DNA from: Octopus sinensis
Taxonomy: Eukaryota
DNA: 25,774 nucleotides
Assembly (NCBI RefSeq): GCF_006345805.1
Contig: NW_021833211.1
Location: 1-25,774 of the forward strand
Direction of reading: 5' to 3'
Shown: positions 1-10,419 of the stretch, piece after piece
How positions within the stretch are numbered: position 1 is the first letter of the stretch
Layout of the letters: every line of letters begins with the position of its first letter
The notes under the pieces: generated by a model
The model's database searches: none
Seen by the model: only the letters and a program-made list of their open reading frames with translations
What the model was told of the DNA's origin: nothing
Made by a program: the position numbers and the translations under genes

Positions 1-2090
1 AAAAAATCTGATTTTAACAAAATCCTTTCCAATATTCAAAAACATCAAGTACTGTTTGACCTCTCTCTTGTAAATGCAAATTTAATCATTCAAGTACCTG
101 TCACTTAGAAGCATCAGTTTAAATAACCCGTCTTCGTTGTTTAATCTGGCAACTGTTTCCTTTCAAGAAATATTCTTCTAAGCATGATACAAATCTGTTC
201 AAAACATTACCCCGACAAAGCCAACGGACTGTAAGGACCGTGCGATGCGAGTTGACAAGAATGGCTCTTTAGTACCACATCACACAGCCCTTACAATAAA
301 GAGAAAATTGATAGTACCATCTATTTGCCAGATGGATAAAGGAGACAACCGCGTAGAATGATTAAAAGAAGATTTATTGATATGTTAACAGATGTGTCTG
401 TGTGTGCATCATGTATACTGAACGATAGACATGCCGTCATGAGAACAGAATGTATGCGTATGGGTTCATAGATGTAGGAGACAATTAGAGGTATATGTTG
501 AACGTGATGTCGTGGCTGTGATGCTGCTGCCTGGGTAACTTGTACAGGAGTTCATACTGGTTGTATATTTGTTGTTGACCCATGATGAAGTAATTCATGA
601 ACAGTGAAGTGTTGGAACCTGGGTGCATCGCTTGCAGAGCTGTGTACGTAGAGAGATGATGTTGAAGACGTTAAGGACATGGTGATAGCGACGAATATGT
701 GGGTTGTTGGAATGTTGATGGGCAAAGTTGGTAAGTCTCTGGAACTGGCTGTGTCTTTGTGGTCAGAGGCTAGACCTTCAATGGTCTGGAACCAAAAGAC
801 ATCGAAAGGAGGAAAAGCTGAGATTTTATAAAGAGAAGTAGGCCAAAACGGGGTAGTGAACAGACTGACTCCGACTGGTTATACGCGGCAGTTTGGCGCG
901 ACAAATTGCGCCAATACCAACTAATCAGAGTAGTGGACAGAACGGGATCCAAATAGCGGCAACCGGATAGCTGTTCCCTTCTACGTTCGAATGCACGTAT
1001 ATATAATAAATGGGAGAGAGGAATTTTAACCGAGTCTACGCTGCAGGACTTTACTGTGAAGTGGGAAGTCTGCATATTCGCTGTCCAGTTCCTGCAGAAG
1101 AGACTTAAATTGTCTGTGAGTCAGTGAAGAGCAAGAAACCATGAAGTTAACTATTTTAACAACAGTTTCCACGACAGAACTCAAGCTTTGTGACGAAAGT
1201 TTTGCAACTAAATTTTCCTGATGTACAATGCAATTAAAAACACATTAAACTGCGTGAAATGTGATTTTCAAGACGCTTAATAAATCTTTTTTTCTTTCCA
1301 CCCACTGCACGTGCACCACCAGTAGTAATACAAAATATTTTATTTGTATTAATGGCTTGATTTTCGAAATAATTTAGAAATGCAGTCAGAATGTCCTGTC
1401 CTGTAGATGTATTGGTAAGAGGAATCAAACAACATGATTCTTCGTAAATACGATCATTGTCCCAGTATCTTGCAACAATTGCTAGGTGCGCCATGTCATT
1501 CACTTGAGTACTTTCATCGATAGGGGTCACTGAATGCAGCAGCTTTTTGTAATCTAACTTTCTGTGTTATAATTATGTTTTCAGCTATATCAGTTACACG
1601 TCTCTCAACTGATCATGCAGAAGTTGGTATTTCTTGAATTCGAGACAGTATTTATTCAGCGTTTGCTTAATCACTGAACAAAAGTTTTGCACTTCTCAGA
1701 AAATCTTTTTTGATAAATTCTCTTCTGTAAAAGGTTTACCTTTCTCAGCTCTACATTGAGCAATTGTCTAAGTACATTATTTGGCTTCATTGTTGGTTCC
1801 AAGCATTTGAACAAAAACAGAAGTGCTTTTATTGTAACTAGAAATAGCCCTTTTTATGATTTGCCTTTTATCATCAGCGTTTTTAGACATAGTCTGGTGT
1901 CTAGTTTGATAGTGTCTTTGTACACTTGATGTACGACATACGACAAATTCACAGCAGAACGCACACACAACTCGATGATTTTGTTATACAAATCCATACT
2001 CAGTGCTCCAGAAATCTTGAAATTAACGAACGTCAAATTTTGGTCCTTTGTTATTCAATTTGGGGCACTATATATTGATAATTGATATGA
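1..2090 (-). pseudogene. Disrupted hAT transposase (GTF2IRD2/ZBED-like), interrupted by a solo LTR at 230-1045
   Basis: Minus-strand fragments in colinear order: CAFCCEF...QRHYQTRH (BED-like zinc finger), DESTQVNDMAHLAIVARY, CITTGGARA (TTDGA motif with D>G), NCIVHQENL (CxxH), THRQFKSLLQELDSEYADFPLHSK, then after the LTR VRWLCRGNVLNRFVSCLEE. Multiple frameshifts and stops. Start coordinate is approximate. Confidence 0.9.
230..1045 (-). mobile_element. Solo LTR (816 bp), probably Ty3/gypsy-type
   Basis: Starts TGTAAGG (230) and ends CGCTGCA (1045), flanked by the direct repeat GGAC (226-229, 1046-1049). Removing it plus one TSD restores the transposase codons H-S-K-V-R-W. Orientation is inferred only from minus-strand TATAAAA (824-830) upstream of AATAAA (373-378). 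Confidence 0.85.
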
Positions 2091-2906
2091 CAGGTGTATA
2101 AACCCTTAAATTAGGTTCTACTAATAAAAATAACTAAATAAAGATAATTAGAATAAAATAAATAGTAAAAAAGAACGAAATTAATTTAATGAATTAATTT
2201 TTGTAATAATAAAATAATTAGATTAAAATAGATGATATGAATAAACAAAAAAATACTCAAAAGATCAGACAACTTGACTCACGAAGAAAATAACTATAAC
2301 CTAAGAAACCCTAAGAAAATAACTAATTTTTGACTTTTCATGTTTATTTCCTTTTGAAAACCCTACTCGTTACCGCTTTTTCTTCCCAAAATGTGAGAAT
2401 ACTTTTAAAAGCGTCTACTTATAGACGACCCTCAATGTAGGAGTCAATTTTAAAGAGTGTCTTTATTTAGACTGGCTGCTGTAAAGTGGTTAACTAAGTT
2501 TAACATATTATGATCTGCACTGCTAAATATACAGCCGAGTTCGAAACAATAAGCGTTCGCACCTCTAGCTCCCGGCTTCAGTGATTAAGTACATATAAAT
2601 GCTTTCAGCTCCAGTTTACAAACAAATCAATTGTGCTAACATTCATAATTTCGTATCAAAATTGTGTTCAGTAGTACTATATTTTTAAGGAAATGTAATA
2701 CTACGAAATACAGCTAACTTCAGATAGTTTAGGCTAGAATAGATGGATCGTAAAAAAGATATGTAATTTAATTATTATGATGTCGCTTCCTCAGAGTTAG
2801 TTATAAATAAAATTTTACTTTTATTTTTTGCCAAGTGGTGTGCATGCCATTGTGAATTGTTCCGCGTGCTACACATGACACGCGTGCCACAGGTTACAGA
2901 CGCCTG

Positions 2907-3150
2907 GTCTAGACACTCCAAGGAAAACATCCAGAAGTCTGAAGATGTTCAGCTATCCTGAACCTGCCGAGGTGTAAACAGCCACCAGACTGAGGGCACC
3001 TCCGTTACTACTGTTCACGACGTCCAGGACCACCAACTTACCTTCTGTGTCCAAGAAGATAATGTTTGTGTTGAGATCCAGGCGTCTCTGGGACAACACT
3101 GCCATTCCACCCCCGCCCCCCCCCCCATTCCCGTTTGACATGGAAATAAA
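2907..3150 (-). pseudogene. LINE ORF2 apurinic-like endonuclease fragment
   Basis: Translation GGGMAVLSQRRLDLNTNIIFLDTEGKLVVLDVVNSSNGGALSLVAVYTSAGSG*LNIFRLLDVFLGVSR follows the GVAIL...D.EGR.....V......L..VYAP pattern of L1-clade endonucleases. Contains an in-frame stop. Confidence 0.75.
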
Positions 3151-4262
3151 TATCAGGCTGAGTAAAAAGTAAGCAACGTTTTGAAACATGAAATTCGTCA
3201 CAATGTATTTCAGCAATGCGGAAATTTTATTCATCAAAGTCTGTACCATTACTATAAACACATTTTTGCCAATGAGTTACAAAGTTTGTTTGTTCCGTTA
3301 ACATAAAAATCTGGAGTTCTGGAGTTGATGGACTCTTTGCACGCGCTTTCAGCATCGGTTTGATTTTTGAACTCCTTCTCTCGAAGGAAACCATAAAGAT
3401 ACTTGAAAAAGTGGTAGACGTTGGGAGAAAGGTCTGGGGAATAGGCTGAGTAGGGAAGAACTTCGTAGCCAAATTCTCTCATCTTCTGGAGCGTCATGAA
3501 GAATGATTGGGCCTCTTCTGTTGACCAGTCTGAGACAGAGGAGTAGCAGTTTTTCGTACACATTGGCAATTTCTTGGTAATATGTTTCTGCAGTAAAGGT
3601 TTTTCGGGGTTTTAATAAGTTATAGTCGATCAGTCCAACAGCACATCACTAAACAATCACCATAATCTCTTTTTTGAAGAGATCGGGTTTAGGGAAGCTT
3701 TTCGGTGCTTCATTTGGGTCCATCCACTGCGAAAAACATTTTCTATTATTATACAGAATCTACTTTTCATCGCAAATACGGTCAAGAATTGGATCGGTCT
3801 GGTTTCGGCGAAGAAGTGACGAGCACATTTCATAAGTTCACATTTTCTGATTTTCATTCAAATCGTGTGGTACTCAAATGTCGAGCTTTTCTGATTTTCC
3901 GATCGCATGCAAATGGTTTCAGGCATTTTCTGGTTAACTTGAAGTTCTTTTGCCAATTTTCGAGTGGTTTTACGTGGGTCTTCCTCAATGACGGTCTTCA
4001 ATTGACCGTCATCGATGACAGACGGGGGACCACTACGCTTATGATCTTCAGGTTTCCACTGCTAAATCGTTTAAACCATTTTCAAGCTGACCACTACTGG
4101 TCATTTCCTCACCAAACGTTTCGTTGACATCGCGAGCAGTTTCAGCTGCTTTACATCCTTTTTTGATGTTGAATAGCAAAATTTATCGAATATCGCGCTT
4201 TGACAATTGCATTTCAGATGATTGCAACAACGGTGAAAAAAATATCAATGTTAATTTATTGA
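3151..4262 (-). mobile_element. Tc1/mariner (mariner-family) element lacking one TIR
   Basis: TA (3151-3152) followed by TCAGGCTGAGTAAAAAGTAAGCAACG, a mariner-type TIR. No matching inverted copy is seen at the other end. Right boundary is approximate. Confidence 0.85.
3227..4212 (-). pseudogene. Mariner transposase pseudogene (Mos1/SETMAR-type)
   Basis: ATG at 4212 (MQLSKRDIR*ILLFNIKKGCKAAETARDVNETFG), *VPHDL (WVPHEL motif), CDEK, ILHD, PYSAYSPDLSPNVYHFF (YSPDLAPxD motif, last D>V), C-terminal WQKCVYSNGTDFDE* ending at 3227. Several stops and frameshifts. Confidence 0.92.
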
Positions 4263-5163
4263 TGCATTTGGGAAAGTCTATGTCTGAATTGTCTGTGTGT
4301 TTTGGGTTCTGTTTCTTTTTCTTTTGTGTGTTCAGGCGACTTCTTGCCATTTTGGTCTTTCGTCGTCCCCCTCCGCGCAAGGTATGTCTGAGTGCTCCGA
4401 AGAGGGGAGGGGCAAATCTCGTAAAGCTTTTTGGCGTTGTCCTATTCATAAAGTTGTTGCTTTTTTTGGTGATGGGGACCGGGGTTGATGCTGTTGTTTT
4501 TGCTGCTGCGATTAGTGTTGCTGCTACTGTTACTATTGATTTTGTAGCCACGATGGTCACCTGCCTCTGTTGGTGCTGTTGCTATTGTTGTTATTGTTGC
4601 TCTGGTGGTGGTGGTGGTGGTGGTGATGATGTTGGCAAAAGTGATAGGCTCCTTTCTCTAATTTGTTGTGGGCAACAGAAGAAACTTAGATGATTTGTGT
4701 CCCCACACAGGTGATACCGCAGCCATCATCTTTCAAAGACCACGTGGAGGTTGGTGCCACCGTGTAAATTTATGATATCTGGAATTGTGTCCAGACTTTC
4801 GCTGCCCATTTTCACCCACAATTTTAGCCCTTGCCCCGAATAGTTTTGTTAGTAAAGTTTCCGCATCTGTAAGATGCTCATTTTGACGTATATGTCCAAG
4901 GGGACAGGTCCCACCAAGAATCAGCTGTCTATTTCTGGTGGTGTGTCTTCTTTTTTAGAGTCAAAGTGGATTGATTCCTTGCCTGCTCTTCATTTTTCTG
5001 TTATGTTTTTGTTGGTGCTGATGGTTGTGATGCTGTTGTTGTTGTTGCCACTACTGCTGCTGCTGTCTTTGCTTTGTTTCTCAAACAAATTAACAAGCAG
5101 AGGTGACAAACTGTCAAAACGGATGATGTAAGAACCTTTACTTGCCTCGATTTGGGAAGCCAT
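4263..5163 (-). pseudogene. LINE ORF1 (gag-like) remnant with a degenerate CCHC zinc knuckle
   Basis: Candidate ATG at 5163. SLDTIPDIINLHGGTNLHVVFER*WLR is followed by Y-HL-C-GDTN-H-LSFF-C (4675-4716), i.e. CX2CX4HX4C with the first Cys mutated (TGT>TAT). Downstream is a low-complexity Thr/Pro/Ala/Lys-rich tail. Confidence 0.65.
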
Positions 5164-5380
5164 ACTGAACTTTTTCTTTTTAAAATATTAATTTGTAGTT
5201 TTTAAAACACAAACTTCGCCTTTATGGGGCTAATTCTGGCCACCGCAGCTAGCCCCGCTTACAGCGAGGTGGATTCTGTCGTCAATAAAGTTTTGAAAAC
5301 AGACATTGGAACAAGAAATTCTAAAGAAAACTTAGAGCTCCGAACAACTAGTCTCCAAACCCGGACACAATAATAATAAT

Positions 5381-5714
5381 AAAAATAAAGAAATGGAGAA
5401 ACTTTCAAAATATAAAGACCTAGAAATAGAGGTAACTAGAATGTGGAATCTAAAAACAGAAACAATTCCTATCATAGTAGGTGCATTAGGCCTGATAAAA
5501 AAATATTCAGACAAATACATAACAAAAATACCAGGACTTACAAACACATATAACATACAGAAAATTGGACTACTAGGCACTGCACACATCCTACGCAAAA
5601 CACATTCAATACAATAACCATCAGAGCATCACAAAAAATCACAGCACATGCCCAAGGCACACAGAGCTGCGCTCGGTAGTGAAGTGAAAGCACGCTATAA
5701 AAATAAAACTACTG
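5381..5714 (+). mobile_element. 5'-truncated 3' end of a restriction-like-endonuclease LINE (R4/Dong-like)
   Basis: ORF 5393-5617 (EKLSKYKDLEIEVTRMW...IPIIVGALG...IQKIGLLGTAHILRK) matches the C-terminal RLE domain pattern (K..KY..L, P.VVGALG). A short 3' UTR follows. (AAT)n lies on both sides, consistent with TAA-repeat targeting by Dong elements. Confidence 0.85.
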
Positions 5715-5789
5715 AATAATAATAATATTAATAATAATAATAATAACAACAACAACAATAATAATAATATTAATAATAATAATAATAAT
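5715..5789. repeat. (AAT)n/(AAC)n microsatellite
   Basis: Directly visible trinucleotide repeats. Confidence 0.95.
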
Positions 5790-6476
5790 GCCCTTATGCA
5801 GTACCAGACAGTGGCCCTCATGACTCCTGATCTTAACTGATTGGAAATGTTATCATGTACATTGTTTTGTCTTGGTATAAAAGATGGGCTACAGCAAATA
5901 TTCTGCTCAATACCACAGATTTGCTAATGCCCTGATGCAGTACCAGGCAGTGGCTCTCATGGCTTCTGATCTTAATTGATTGGTAGTGTTATCATGTACA
6001 TTGTTTTGTCTTGGTATAAAAGATGGGCTACAGCAAATATTCTGCTCAATACCACAGATTTGCTTGTCAGTTGCTTGACCATAACCAGTTGAGCATGTCC
6101 CTTATTGGGTGACGATATGTGCATCTCTGATCACGAGCAGAAGTACTGGGGGAGCATCATAAACATGTATTGAGAGGAATCCTTTGGGGTTTGAATAATT
6201 CACCTCTGGAAACATGGGTGGTTCGTTCAACATCCTTAAACAACCCTTATTCAGGGACCTTTTGGGCGGGATGGGTTACTCGACCAGACGAAAATTCTAA
6301 CTGGGCCCCACCTGCAAGGTCATGTGCTGTTTATCTTAATATGAGATCACCATGTCGCACACATATGGTTGTGATTAATGGTGTACCCTTATCAGATGGG
6401 TAGTCATGATGGGAATACTGGGCTTCGTATATTTTACCCCAGTGTCACTTTGATGGCATCCACTGCTCTCACACTC
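5786..6476 (-). mobile_element. AAT-flanked interspersed element (non-autonomous retroelement or 5' piece of an R4/Dong-like LINE) with a 139-bp terminal duplication
   Basis: A GC-richer block sharply bounded by (AAT)n at both ends. 5786-5924 is repeated at 5925-6063. No recognisable protein domain. Family and strand are inferred. Confidence 0.55.
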
Positions 6477-6572
6477 AATAATAATTATAATAATGATGAT
6501 GATGATGATGATGATATTAAAAATAATAATAATGAATAATATAATATAAAATAAAAATAAATATAATGATGA

Positions 6573-6610
<38 letters not shown>
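6477..6610. repeat. Compound microsatellite (AAT)n-(GAT)n-(TAG)n
   Basis: Directly visible. Confidence 0.95.
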
Positions 6611-6611
<1 letters not shown>

Positions 6612-6730
6612 GTGATATGAAGTGAGATGTTGTGACGGTGTTGATGGTGAGTTGGTCAGTTGTAGTAAGTTTTGAATGTAAAGGAAGGCTATTTTAATGT
6701 TAAGCAAAAACAACAAAATAAGAAATATCT

Positions 6731-6765
6731 CATATATATATATATATATATAATATATATATATA

Positions 6766-6818
<53 letters not shown>

Positions 6819-6830
6819 GTGTGTATATAT
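6731..6830. repeat. (AT)n-(GT)n microsatellite
   Basis: Directly visible. Confidence 0.95.
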
Positions 6831-6831
6831 A

Positions 6832-7030
6832 CCACAGGGAGAATTCAGAAAAAAAACAAAAGACGAAGACAGGTGGTGTAGAAAACAAAGTGATGTAGTA
6901 GTATAATGCTCGGGAGTGAAAAAGTTTTTAACGTTTCGAGACTAGGCTCTTCACAGAAAGGAACACGGAAAGAAACGGGGAGAGAAACAAGGAGAGAAAA
7001 AAGAATGTGTAGTGGCTAGCGATCTATCAA
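6832..7030 (-). mobile_element. Penelope-like element terminal (pLTR) fragment with a minimal hammerhead-like motif
   Basis: The minus strand of 6930-6960 reads CTTTCTGTGAAGAGCCTAGTCTCGAAACGTT: (N)UGAAGA, a short GAG/CTC stem, then GAAA and palindromic AACGTT. This is the layout of minimal hammerheads in Penelope-like termini. The fragment is embedded between microsatellites. Confidence 0.55.
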
Positions 7031-7039
7031 TACATCCAT

Positions 7040-7110
7040 AGATACATAGGTACATACATGCATACATACATACATACATACATATAAAGAGAGAGAGAGA
7101 GAGAGAGAGA
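7040..7110. repeat. (TACA)n-(AG)n microsatellite
   Basis: Directly visible. Confidence 0.9.
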
Positions 7111-7479
7111 TTGAAGTGATGTACAGATATATATTTATCGATAATGGAAGCAAACGTTAAAATGTAAATAAAATTTAACTACATAAAAAATATATAATCA
7201 TCCAACATTCTGAATACCTTATTATTCTATATGCATTATTCTATATGTGTGTGTGTGTGGGGGGAGATATATGTTGTTAGATAAATAGATATTAGTGTAT
7301 ATATAATTTTCAGAGCTTTTTAATTTCTGTTGTTGTCAATGTTTCTTTTGTTGTTGTTGCTTCCTTATCCACTTTCTTTATTTTATTGTGTCTATTTGTG
7401 TCCGCAAAGAAATTTGCTTCCTTTGATGTACGTCCATTTTTATTTGTTCATTTAAAAACCTTTCGTTACAATAGAGTTG

Positions 7480-7600
7480 CTTGTGGGGTCCCATCGGATT
7501 TAACGACCCGACCGGGTTTACAACCACTGCGTATTTAGGGTCTACGAAACTCATGGTTCGTTAGTTTTGTATATATATTAGACCCCCCGAGTATGGTTAC
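7480..7600. mobile_element. Possible hAT-type MITE remnant
   Basis: GGGGTCCC...GACCCG..GGTTTACAACCACTG ending at 7529 is the reverse complement of a CAGTGGTT..AACC-type TIR. GGGTCTA/TAGACCC inverted motifs follow. No partner TIR or TSD found. Confidence 0.35.
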
Positions 7601-7889
7601 AGATGTGTGTAGGAGTGCGTTTGTGTTTGTGTGTATGTGTGTGTTTGGTATATTCTTTGATATTATTACGCGTTAAAGCTATAATATTTTTATAAATTTC
7701 TTCACACTAATTTATCGAAATTTAATTTTTTAGCTTTAAATATCCAATCACGAAAACAAAAATATATTTGTCATGTGGAACAGGGGTGAATTTTAGTTCC
7801 TTCGGAGAATCTGCAATTTGAAGTTAATAACATTGAAATCTCTGACATTCCTATTTTCTTCTTTTACAGATAAATCTACGCCTGGCAAT

Positions 7890-8080
7890 ATGTTTCACCA
7901 CGTAGATATCAATAGACGGTCTCTTGTGTTGATACTGTGTACGATATTGTTTTTGGAGACTCAAGCTGATTCAGATATATGCAAGAAATGTACTTGCAAT
8001 TCACTTACAACGAGAATAAATTGTACACATCGCAATTTACCATCGATTCCACAACCAATTCCGACGAATGTTGAATATTT
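7890..8080 (+). CDS. First visible coding exon of an extracellular leucine-rich-repeat protein (signal peptide + LRRNT cap)
   Basis: Acceptor ttttcttcttttacAG at 7869, so the exon starts at 7870. ATG at 7890 gives MFHHVDINRRSLVLILCTILFLETQADSD, a hydrophobic signal-like segment, then ICKKCTCNSLTTRINCTHRNLPSIPQPIPTNVEYL (C..C.C......C....L..IP..IP, LRRNT). Donor TT|GTAAGT at 8080/8081, phase 2. Subfamily (Slit-like, TLR, LGR etc.) cannot be determined. Confidence 0.92.
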
Positions 8081-8541
8081 GTAAGTATTTGACACTTTCT
8101 ACGTATTTTCCACATCCAATATTTTAAATTCTCATTGATTATGTTCTCAGCTAATCGCTTATGCTGTTTATCTCACAGCTTTAAGCACAATCTTATGTTA
8201 GAGTAAAACAAATCGATATGTTGCCTGCTGTGAAGTCAAATAAACTGTTTCTTACCATATTGAATAATTTATAATATATAACACCGCATACACAGTGATT
8301 GGATCTGACTAGTATCTGACTTTGATGTTATTTGTCTGAACTTATCAAATCTTACGGTATATTCAATGAACGGACAGTATAAAAACTTTAGTGCTAAGAA
8401 AACGTGTATTCCACATAGTTATATTATATCATTAATTAGTTGAATTGTTGCTTCTAGTTACAGTAATATGATATAATATCATTTGATCGTGTCACATAAT
8501 AATTGTTAATTATTGTTTGTGTTAGTTTTATAATAGAATAT

Positions 8542-8760
8542 GCAGCGAGCTAATATAGAAACGTTGTGCACGCCAGACAAAATGTTGAGCGGTATTTCGT
8601 TCGTCTTTACGTTTCGATTTTAAATTCTGTCGAGGTTGACTTTGCTTTTCATTCTTTTGGAATCGGTAAGTTAAATAGCAATTTATCTCTGAGATCAATG
8701 TAAAGGACTTGTCCCTTTCCCCAAATTTCAGGTTTGTCCCTATAGAAGAAATGATTATTT
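8542..8760 (+). mobile_element. tRNA-derived SINE, diverged (octopus-type)
   Basis: The head GCAGCGAGCT..AGAAACGTT..CACGCC..ACAAAATG.TGAGCGGTATTTCG, a degenerate B-box-like TTTAAATTC, the body GTCGAGGTTGACTTTGCTTTTCATTCTTTTGGAATCGGTAAG and an ATT-rich tail resemble the abundant octopus SINE as recalled. Not database-checked. Confidence 0.75.
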
Positions 8761-9405
8761 TTATAATTAAAAATGATACAGATGGATTAAACTGCAGATA
8801 ATGACGAGATCCGCTTAAATTGCCAAATTATTAAAAAAGTGAAGAAATCAAAATAGTGCTGTTTGAACAAAGTTTGAGGAATTTATTTTTGATAGAATGT
8901 CATCAGTAAAATTTACCCTATCATGAACACAATAAAACTTATTACAAAATTGTACAAGCCTAATTGAAGTTTCGGCTGATTGATGTATCCCCGTTCACCT
9001 GAAACTTACGTAATTTTTAAGTAAATTATTAAAATTTAACGTCTCAAGAAATGGAATAGAATAAAGAAGAGTAATTATTTGATACATGCAATCATAACAA
9101 ATATTCTGTTGCAACACATTGCTCTTCCAGGTGATTATTTCCAGTTAATTGGCTTGCATCATTGCATTAATCACCTTAAACTTTCAGTTTTAATAAAATA
9201 TTCTAATACTAAAGTGGATCAATTCATTCGATCAGATCTATTTCTCAAAAAATTTGGAACGTTTTGACCAAATGAGAAATTCCAATGTAAAATAAAGAGA
9301 AAAGTTTCAATAATGGAATTCCTAAATCTCGTATAACTCAAGATGTTGAATAGTAAAGTTGAAGTTCTGTTTAATAAGTTAGATATTCTCATTGTTCACA
9401 ACTTA

Positions 9406-9530
9406 AGCGAGGATTGGCACAAATCATTTGACCGTCTAGCAGAATACATTGCGTTCTGACACACGGCAATCTAACTTCAAATCCCGCCAAGGTCAACCTT
9501 GCGTCATTCATTTCCGAGATCAATAAAGAA
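9406..9530 (+). mobile_element. Second, more decayed SINE fragment of the same type
   Basis: CTTCAAATCCCGCCAAGGTCAACCTTGCGTCATTCATTTCCGAGATCAATAAA aligns by eye with the body of the 8542-8760 copy. Confidence 0.55.
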
Positions 9531-10419
9531 CCATAACAGTTCAATGAACAAATGCAACTATGAGGACCTCGAATAAGACACCTTGCAGTATATTGTCCAG
9601 TTGTTTGTGATCTGAGTTAAAATCCCACACTTTTTATTTTACCGATTTTGGAGAAAGGATCAGACAAGTTTTATAACTCCTGCAAGATATCCAATACTTG
9701 TGAGACAGATATCATTAATATTCCGTTTGAGCTGTTTACAGGAATGATGAACAGGGATGTTATTTAGGAGATGAAGGATTTAGCATATGTGGTTAATAAT
9801 GGGAACAAACTGAGGTTTAATACAGCAAGAGTAAGGAGCAAAGGACAAAAGAAAGACGAAAAAACAAAGGCAATGTATGTTGTCTCATCCCTTTTTTAAA
9901 TAACACCCTTAACCAGTTAAATCACCATGTAAGGTTGTTCTCCCTTGTAGCACATAACTCAAAATTATATCAGGGTTTCCCCACTCTACCATCACCAATT
10001 CTATTAATAAATCCCTTTCTATTTCTATTATGTTTTCCTTCCTAGTCTATTATTTCAGTCTTGAAGTTTTGGGGGTTTATTTATTTTTGTGAAGAACTTT
10101 TATGCATCAACTAATCAAAGGAAAGGAGTTTACTTTTGCAAAGATAAATTACTTTTGACAGAAAAGTGTAATAACAAATGGAATGCTCATTGGACAGAAA
10201 CAAGATATTTATAAATAAAGCTGACTTCTGAGATGATAAAAATATCTTCCATTGAATACTGAATACGAAGGCTTTGTAAATCTAATTCAAATCACAAATA
10301 TTCTGAACATCCATTCTTTTCTCATATTTTACATGCCTGTGTGTTTTTCATTCATACTTCACGCGGTGATTTAAATCTGTTTTATATCTTATATAATAAA
10401 CTCCCAGTAAATCGAACAG

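Larger units (their letters stand above)
1..2906 (-). mobile_element. hAT-superfamily (Charlie/SPIN-like) DNA transposon, decayed; continues beyond the left edge of the window
   Basis: The minus-strand terminus reads CAGGCGTCTGTAACCTGTGGCACGCGTG from 2906, a hAT-type TIR/subterminal pattern. It is flanked by GTCTAGAC (2907-2914), matching the NTCTAGAN target preference of Charlie-type hATs. Transposase fragments lie inside. The second TIR and TSD are outside the window. Confidence 0.85.
2907..5368 (-). mobile_element. 5' part of an L1/Tx1-like non-LTR retrotransposon (5' UTR, ORF1, start of ORF2), interrupted by the mariner and the hAT
   Basis: An ORF1 remnant with a zinc knuckle and an APE endonuclease remnant lie in the expected order on the minus strand. 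The 5' boundary is placed where unique sequence meets (AAT)n at 5368/5369 and is approximate. Confidence 0.7.

Noticed and set aside
770-1075. 101-aa minus-strand ORF
   Set aside because: It crosses the hAT/LTR junction out of frame with the transposase and has no recognisable domain.
3705-5131. Plus-strand ORFs 3705-4127, 4124-4693, 4297-4488 and 4874-5131
   Set aside because: They are antisense shadows of the mariner transposase and of low-complexity LINE ORF1.
5332-6881. Poly-Leu/Ile/CV ORFs that look like membrane proteins
   Set aside because: They are translations of microsatellites and of the antisense strand of TE fragments.
7818-7889. N-terminal extension of ORF 7818-8084
   Set aside because: It starts at TTG and runs through a polypyrimidine tract and acceptor AG (7869). 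The ATG at 7890 precedes the signal-like peptide. An upstream coding exon cannot be fully excluded.
8542-8630. tRNA gene
   Set aside because: Only a degenerate tRNA-like SINE head; no cloverleaf can be drawn.
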